Under the pieces are notes generated by a model. That model was not told the origin of the DNA and searched no databases. It saw only the letters and a list, made by a program, of their open reading frames with translations. The position numbers were made by a program, and so were the translations under genes. 64,000 nucleotides of DNA from the human T2T-CHM13v2.0 reference genome, Homo sapiens, in assembly GCF_009914755.1 (NCBI RefSeq), contig NC_060934.1, one strand, 5' to 3'. Every line of letters begins with the position of its first letter. The stretch's first letter is position 1. Positions 55,022 through 64,000 of this stretch are shown here, one piece after another.

Positions 55022-55170
55022 AGCCAGGCGCAGTGGCTCATGCCTATAATCCCAACTACTCAGGAGGCTGAGGCTCTGAGTAGTGCCTGAGGGGGACTGC
55101 CTGAGGCCAGGAGTTCAAGATCAGCATGGGTAACACAGTGAGACCCCATCTCTTTAAAAAACAACAAAAA
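55022..55170 (+). mobile_element. FLAM / AluJ monomer
   Basis: Left-arm monomer; flanks AACATGT. Confidence 0.78.
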
Positions 55171-56344
55171 AAGCAACATGTAGATAGGAAGGAGATAATG
55201 GAGTTAAAATGTTCTAAGGTCCTTATATTTTGTAAGAGTAGAACAGAATTTTAAGTAGCATCAGACTTCGATGTGCTTGCATATTGTTTCTAGGATAACC
55301 ACTGAAAGAAGGGTAATAATGTTCTTTAACCTTTCAAGTAGAAAGTATAAAAGAAAAATTATTTTTTAATCTCAGAAAAGAGAAAAATATAAGAATGAAC
55401 CAAGAGAAAGTTCAAAATAAAAGATTAAACAATAAATACATAATTAATTACATTAAATACATACGTGAAAATTTCTAAATCTACCTACAGTGAACTAGCT
55501 GGTTACAGAATCAACTCTTCCACCCATGAATAACAGCCAGAAAAGCTAGACGATGTATAACCACATTTGTGTGAAGGCACCAGAAAGCTACCAAGGCAGA
55601 GATGGCTTAATGGGACAAGCTTCCAAATAGATGGAAATCCAGAGAGGTGAGTCCAGTGCTTTGCACAACTGTTCACCTTGAGGCGTTTCCTGTTTCCAAA
55701 GTAATGGCTGAGAGACTGACCAGCTGCACAGAGCTTCCATCAATCTCAAAAGGCTGAGGAGACAAAAAAAAAAAGGAACTTCAGGGCCAGCCAAGGAAAA
55801 GAGCTCTAGAAAACACCATGTTTTCACTTGGGGTCCCCAAAAGAATACAACCTGTGAGCAGGGATGAAAAGAAAAAGGCCAACCATGTCAAGCATGGAGG
55901 TGGGCTGTTCCTCTGCACACCTCCTTCTGAAGAACTTGCCGAGGGGAAGACTGTGACTGACAGCCCCAGCTGCCGCCCTTTGGATCCATCACCATGTTCA
56001 CACAGAGGCCACATTTCCCCATTCCTGCCCAAAGCAGGATTCTTCTAAAAGACAAGTGTTTGCCTGGGGACTCTTCACTGGCCTAGCAGAGGCATTCTTA
56101 GATCTGTGCTGCAGGCTGGGGCCCTTCCTACCAATTCTTTCCTTTCCTCTCTTCTTTCACAGGGGTCAGGCCTGTCTCATGGTCTCAGGTTTTCCCCTGT
56201 CCTCTCTTGCTTTCTTCTTTATCCTTTACAAGCATTGCCCCCAATAAGCCTTCTGCATATCTCATCCTGGTTTAGTTTATGCTTCCATCTTGATGTCTGC
56301 TACTCAACACCAATTATCAGATCAAGGCCTGACTTTAGGTGAAG

Positions 56345-57850
56345 GCAATCCTTGAGCAGAGATGCAAAAATTCTAAATAAAACAGAAAACCAAATCTGGT
56401 GATATATAAAAAGCATCACACACTGTGGACAAGTTTGGTTTAGTCCAGTAATGCAGGGCTGGTTTCATATTTGAAAACTTTATCAACATGATCTACTACA
56501 TTAAGTGATTAAGGAAGAAAAATCCAAGGATTATCCCAAAAGATGCAGACCATTTTAACACTCATTCATGAGAGAGATACACCAGATTCATAGATCAAAA
56601 GATTCCATATTTCAAATATTCCAGTATTATAAACAATATAAAACAAATCAAAATTCCAACAGAATTTTTTTCATGTGGGTATAGAAACTGAAAATTTGAT
56701 TCTAAGAAGACATTCTACCCAATAGCAGCACTTATTATAAAGCCACATTAATTAAAATAGTGTTGTTTTGGTGCAAAGAAAGTGATCAATGGAATAGAAC
56801 AAAGGTTGGCAAACTTTTTCTGTAAAGAGCCAGACAGTAAATATTTTAGGCTTTCTGGGACACATGCAATCTCCGTCGCATATTCTTCTTTTTTTAACAA
56901 CCCTATAAAAATACAGATCTATTCTTAGCTTGGAGGCTGTACAAAAATGAGCCATGGGTCAATCCCTGGAACAGAAGCAAGTCTAGAAACAGATCTACAC
57001 ACATACAATTTATGATCAAGGTGGTATTACAGAGCTCTAGAGAAAGTATGGACTTTCCACAAAATAGTGTGGGGCCAAATAAATATCTACATAGGAAAAA
57101 AATTCATCTTGACCTCATATCATATGCAAAAATAATCAATTTCAGGTGGACTTTAGGCTTAATTGTGAATAACGCATCTTGAAGATGACACAGGAGGATA
57201 TCTGCATGACCATGGAGTAGAAAAAAATTCTTACCTAGAACTCATAAACTATTAACCACAAAAGGAAAGACTGATCATTCAGAGGACATTAAAATTAGAA
57301 ACTTCCCTTTATAGAAATTACTAATACGAAACTGAAAGGCAAGTCACAGGTTGAATTACCTGCTAATAGTATATCACTAACAAAGTCCTCATCCACAATA
57401 TTTAAAGAATGCCTACAAGTTAATAATAAAAAAAGAACTGACAGGTAAAATCCAAATAAAAGGTAATCAACCTCATTAGTCTTCAGGAAATCCAAATTAA
57501 AGCCATAGTCCACACCACTGTACATCCACTAGGATGATTAAAATTACAAAGACTGACAACAGCAAGTGTCAGTGAGGATACAGAGCAAGCGGAACTCTCA
57601 TACACTGTTGCTGAGTGTGTAAATGGGTACGGTCCCCTCAGAAAACTGTTTAGCGGCATCTACTAAATGTAATCATATGCATACCCATGACCCAGCAATG
57701 CCTAGATATACATACCCTCTAGAAATGAGTACAAATGTGTACAAAAGTACACATACAAGAATACTCATAGCTGCATTGTTTGAAGTAGCTAAACACTGAA
57801 AAAAATTCAATGTCAATTAACAGTAGATTGGATAGGTTGTACATATTCTT
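56345..57850 (+). mobile_element. Old L1M (L1ME/MC-like) ORF2 and 3' fragments
   Basis: agatgcaaaaattctaaataaaa, aatgcagggctggtttcatatt, atgacccagcaatg; interrupted by a MER58. Confidence 0.65.
56800..56970. mobile_element. MER58-like hAT-Charlie element
   Basis: ggttggcaaactttttctgtaaagagccagacagtaaatattttaggcttt. Confidence 0.78.
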
Positions 57851-58051
57851 TTTACAAACATCAGCTTTATTGAGGTATAACATACATAAGATAAAAAATA
57901 CCCATTTTAAGTGCAGGGTTCAATAAGTTTAGACAACTGCATACACCCATGTAACCACTACCATAACCATGATATGGAACATTTCTATTATGCTAACAAG
58001 TTCCCTGGTACCCTTTCCCAGTCAATTCAGGAAACCACAGACCTGTTTAGA

Positions 58052-58517
<466 letters not shown>

Positions 58518-58619
58518 CACAGACCTGTTTAGATTACTCTTTCCTAGGATTTCATATAAATGGAATCAGATAGTACTCTTTTGTGCTTGATTTCTTCCAC
58601 TCATCAAAATGTTTTTAAC

Positions 58620-59300
<681 letters not shown>

Positions 59301-60329
59301 TGAACTCCCATTCACAATTGTTTCAAAGAGAATAAAATACCTGGGAATCCAACTTACAAGGGATGTGAAGGACCTCTTCAAGGAGAACTACAAACCACTG
59401 CTCAACGAAATAAAAGAGGACACAAACAAATGGAAGAACATTCCATGCTCTTGGATAGGAAGAATCAATATTGTGAAAATGGCCATACTGCCCAAAGTAA
59501 TTTATAGATTCAATGCCATCCCCATCAAACTAACAATGACTTTCTTCACAGAACTGGAAAAAACTACTTTAAAATTCATATGGAACCAAAAAAGAGCCTG
59601 CATTGCCAAGACAATCCTAAGCCAAAAGAACAAGGCTGGAGGCATCACACTACCTGACTTCAAACTATACTACAAGGCTACAGTAACCAAAACAGCATGG
59701 TACTGGTACCAAAACAGAGATATAGATCAATGGAACAGAACAGAGGCCTCAGAAATAACACCACATATCTACAACCATCTGATCTTTGACAAACCTGACA
59801 AAAACAAGAAATGGGGAAAGGATTCCCTATTTAATAAAAGGTGCTGGGAAAACTGGCTAGCCATACGTAGAAAGCTGAAACTGGATCCCTTCCTTACACC
59901 TTATACAAAAATTAATTCAACATGGATTAAAGACTTAAATGTTAGACCTAAAACCATAAAAATCCTAGAAGAAAACCTAGGCAATACCATTCAGGACATA
60001 GGCATGGGCAAGGACTTCGTGTCTAAAACACCAAAAGCAATGGCAACAAAAGGCAAAATTGACAAATGGGATCTAATTAAACTAAAGAGCTTCTGCACAT
60101 CAAAAGAAACTACCATCAGAGTGAACAGACAATCTACAGAATGGGAGGAAATTTTTACAATCTACCCATCTGACAAAGGGCTAACATCCAGAATCTACAA
60201 AGAACTTAAACAAATTTACAAGAAAAAATCAAACAACCCCATCAAAAAGTGGGCAAAAGATATGAACAGACACTTCTCAAAAGAAGACATTTATGCAGCC
60301 AACAGACACATGAAAAAATGCTCATCATC

Positions 60330-62740
60330 GCGGCTGGAGGAGCGGACGGGCCCCGCGGGGCCCGAGGGCAAGGAGCAGCCGCCTGCCTTGGCCTCCCAAA
60401 GTGCCGAGATTGCAGTCTCTGCCCGGCCGCCACCCCGTCTGGGAAGTGAGGAGTGTCTCTGCCTGGCCGCCCATCGTCTGGGATGTGAGGAGCCCCTCTG
60501 CCTGGCTGCCCAGTCTGGAAAGTGAGGAGCGTCTCCGCCCGGCCGCCATCCCATCTAGGAAGTGAGGAGCGCCTCTTCCCAGCCGCCATCACATCTAGGA
60601 AGTGAGGAGCGTCTCTGCCCGGCCGCCCATCGTCTGAGATGTGGGGAGCGCCTCTGCCCCGCCACCCCATCTGGGATGTGAGGAGCGCCTCTGCCCGGCC
60701 GAGACCCCGTCTGGGAGGTGAGGAGCGTCTCTGCCCGGCCGCCCCGTCTGAGAAGTGAGGAGACCCTCTGCCTGGCAACCACCCCGTCTGAGAAGTGAGG
60801 AGCCCCTCCGCCCGGCAGCTGCCCCGTCTGAGAAGTGAGGAGCCCCTCCGCCCGGCAGCTGCCCCGTCTAAGAAGTGAGGAGCCTCTCCGCCCGGCAGCC
60901 ACCCCATCTGGGAAGTGAGGAGTGTCTCCGCCCGGCAGCCACCCCGTCCGGGAGGGAGGTGGGGGGGGGTCAGCCCCCCGCCCGGCCAGCCGCCCCATCC
61001 GGGAGGGAGGTGGGGGGGTCATCCCCCCGCCCGGCCAGCCGCCCCGTCCGGGAGGTGAGAGGCACCTCTGCCCGGCCGCCCCTACTGGGAAGTGAGGAGC
61101 CCCTCAGCCCGGCCAGCCACCCCGTCCGGGAGGGAGATGGGGGGGTCAGCCCCCCCACCCGGCCAGCCGCCCCGTCCGGGAGGGAGGTGGGGGGGTCAGC
61201 CCTCCGCCCGGCCAGCCGCCCCGTCTGGGAGGTGAGGGGCGCCTCTGCCCGGCCGCCCCTACTGGGAAGTGAGGAGCCCCTCTGCCCGGCCAGCCGCCCC
61301 GTCCGGGAGGGAGGTTGGGGGGTCAGCCCCCCGCCCGGCCAGCCGCCCTGTCCGGGAGGGAGGTGGGGGGGGTCAGCCCTCCGCCCAGCCAGCCGCCCCG
61401 TCTGGGAGGTGAGGGGCGCCTCTGCCCGGCCGCCCCTACTGGGAAGTGAGGAGCCCCTCTGCCCGGCCAGCCGCCCCGTCCGGGAGGGAGGTGGGGGGGT
61501 CGGCCCCCCGCCCGGCCAGCCGCCCCGTCCGGGAGGGAGGTGGGGGGGACGGCCCCCCGCCCGGCCAGCCGCCCCGTCCGGGAGGGAGGTGGGGGGGTCG
61601 GCCCCCCGCCCGGCCAGCCGCCCCGTCCGGGAGGGAGGTGGGGGGGGGGGGTCAGCCCCCCTGCCCGGCCAGCCGCCCCGTCCGGGAGGTGAGGGGCACC
61701 TCTGCCCGGCCGCCCCTACTGGAAAGTGAGGAGCCCCTCTGCCCGGCCAGCCGCCCCGTCCGGGAGGGAGGTGGGGGTGTCAGCCCCCCGCCCGGCCAGC
61801 CGCCCCGTCCGGGAGGGAGGTGGGGGGGGTCAGCCCCCCTGCCCGGCCAGCCGCCCCGTCCGGGAGGTGAGGGGCGCCTCTGCCCGGCCAGCCGCCCCGT
61901 CCGGGAGGGAGGTGGGGGGGTCAGCCCCCGGCCGGCCAGCCGCCCCGTCCGGGAGGGAGGTGGGGGGGGGTCAGCCCCCCCGCCCGGCCAGCCGCCCCGT
62001 CCGGGAGGTGAGGGGTGCCTCTGCCCGGCCGCCCCTACTGGGAAGTGAGGAGCCCCTCTGCCCGGCCAGCCGCCCCGTCCGGGAGGGAGGTTGGGGGGTC
62101 AGCCCCCCGCCCGGCCAGCCGCCCCGTCCGGGAGGTGAGGGGCGCCTCTGCCCGGCCGCCCCTACTGGGAAGTGAGGAGCCCCTCTGCCCGGCCACCACC
62201 CCGTCTGGGAGGTGTGCCCAACAGCTCATTGAGAACGGGCCAGGATGACAATGGCTGCTTTGTGGAATAGAAAGGCGGGAAAGGTGGGGAAAAGATTGAG
62301 AAACCGGATGGTTGCCGTGTCTGTGTAGAAAGAAGTAGACATGGGAGACTTTTCATTTTGTTCTGCACTAAGAAAAATTCCTCTGCCTTGGGATCCTGTT
62401 GATCTGTGACCTTGCCCCCAACCCTGTGCTCTCTGAAACATGTGCTGTGTCCACTCAGGGTTAAATGGATTAAGGGCGGTGCAAGATGTGCTTTGTTAAA
62501 CAGATGCTTGAAGGCAGCATGCTCGTTAAGAGTCATCACCAATCCCTAATCTCAAGTAATCAGGGACACAAACACTGCGGAAGGCCGCAGGGTCCTCTGC
62601 CTAGGAAAACCAGAGACCTTTGTTCACTTGTTTATCTGCTGACCTTCCCTCCACTATTGTCCCATGACCCTGCCAAATCCCCCTCTGTGAGAAACACCCA
62701 AGAATTATCAATAAAAAAATAAATTTAAAAAAAAAAAAAA
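60330..62740 (+). mobile_element. SVA_F1 retrotransposon (MAST2 leader, Alu-like remnant, VNTR, SINE-R, poly-A), antisense to ARHGAP21
   Basis: MAST2-derived 60330-60378; Alu-like CCGCCTGCCTTGGCCTCCCAAAGTGCCGAG; GC-rich VNTR; SINE-R about 62215-62715; AATAAA; 17-bp TSD AAAAAATGCTCATCATC at 60313-60329 and 62735-62751. Confidence 0.95.
60415..62215 (+). repeat. SVA VNTR (about 35-50-bp GC-rich units)
   Basis: Recurrent GCCCGGCCAGCCGCCCCGTCCGGGAGG and GGGAAGTGAGGAGC units. Confidence 0.95.
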
Positions 62741-63500
62741 TGCTCATCATCACTGACCATCAAGAGAAATGCAAATTAAAACCGCAATGAGATACCATCT
62801 CACACCAGTTAGAATGGCGATCTTTAAAAAGTCAGGAAACAACAGGTACTGGAGAGGATGTAGAGAAACAGGAAAGCTTTTATACTGTTGGTGGGATTGT
62901 AAACTAGTTCAACCATTGTGGAAGACAGTGTGGCGATTCCTTAAGGATCTAGAACTAGAAATACCATTTGATCCAGCCATCCCGTTACTGGGCATATACT
63001 CAAAGGATTATAAATCATGCTGCTATAAAGACACATGCACACACACATATGTTTATTGCGGCACTATTCACAATAGCAAAGACTTGGAACCAACCCAACT
63101 GTCCATCAATGATAGACTGGATTAAGAAAATGTGGCACATGTACACCATGGAATACTATGCAGCCATAAAAAAGGATGAGTTCATGTCCTTTGTAGAGAC
63201 GTCGATGAAGCTAGAAACCATCATCTGAGCAAACTATCGCAAGGATAGAAAACCAAACACTGCATGTTCTCACTCATAGGTGGGAATTGAACAATGAGAA
63301 CACCTGTACACAGGGTGGGAAACTTCACACACTGGGGCCTGTTGTGGGGTGGGGGGAGAGAGGAGGCATAGCATTAGGAGATATACCTAATGTAAATGAC
63401 GAGTTAACGGGTGCAGCACACCAACATGGCACATGTATACATATGTAAAAAACCTGCACATTGTGCACATGTACCCTAGAACTTAAAGTATTAAAAAAAA

Positions 63501-63930
63501 ATACTTATACCTCAACAACAAAAAACAACCCAATTTAAAAACAGGCAATGGATTTGAACAGAAATTTCTCCACACAACATACACAAATGGCGACAAGCAC
63601 ACAAAAAGATGCCCAAAGTCATTAGGCATTAAGGAAATACAAGTGAAAACCACAGTGAGATACCACTTCACACCCACTGGGTTGGCTATAATACAAAAAT
63701 GGAAAACAACACATGTTGGAGAGGATGTACAGAAATTAGAACCCTCATTCATTGCTGGTGGAGACATAGAAATGGTATAGCCACTGTGGAAAACGGTTTG
63801 GCAGTTCCTCAAAATACGAAACATAGGATTACCATGTGACCTAGCAACTCTATTCCTAGGTATAACCTCCAAAAATTGAAAACAAGAATTCAGACAAACA
63901 CCTGTGCATGCATGTTCACAGCAGCACTAT
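63501..63930 (+). mobile_element. Old L1M (L1MB-like), right part
   Basis: ctcaacaacaaaaaacaacccaatttaaaa...gagataccacttcacacccact...gccactgtggaaaacggtttggcagttcctcaaaa. Confidence 0.8.
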
Positions 63931-64000
63931 TGTCCAAAGAAGATATACAAATGGATCTTTTATTGTTATCTACCTTTCAAAGGAACAGAATCCTCTTTCT

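Noticed and set aside
55856-56330. LTR-like segment of higher GC content with overlapping short ORFs
   Set aside because: Probably an old LTR, but I could not assign a family, ends or TSD by eye
60415-62215. Repeat units with variable intervening sequence, superficially CRISPR-like
   Set aside because: The intervening sequences are themselves repeat variants, there are no cas genes, and the context is a eukaryotic SVA
60242-62542. Many long Pro/Gly/Arg-rich ORFs on both strands
   Set aside because: Expected from the stop-poor GC-rich SVA VNTR; not evidence of genes

Overview
Human genomic DNA (it carries a human-specific SVA_F1 element) covering the middle of the ARHGAP21 gene (Rho GTPase-activating protein 21, recalled locus 10p12) on the minus strand. 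Fifteen coding exons can be spliced by hand into one uninterrupted frame of 3444 nt with GT-AG boundaries. By recalled numbering these are exons 5-19, encoding most of the PDZ domain, a 1.9-kb low-complexity exon, the PH domain and the start of the RhoGAP domain. The rest is intron, with about 27 Alu/FLAM copies, old L1M/L2/MIR fragments, MER DNA transposons, an MLT1 LTR, a 5S rRNA retrocopy and a tailless U6 fragment. The most striking structure is a nest at 57.9-63.9 kb: a 5'-truncated SVA_F1 with a 49-nt MAST2 exon-1 leader and a 17-bp TSD sits inside an L1PA, which sits inside an older L1M. The insertion puts L1 ORF2, the MAST2 peptide and SVA sequence in one open frame. Other oddities are two ~160-bp local duplications (one shows both the empty and filled site of an Alu), a perfect 23-bp hairpin joined to a direct repeat, and possible missense differences in exon 9. 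I found no convincing new biological system. Exon/codon numbering and repeat subfamily names come from memory and need database confirmation.
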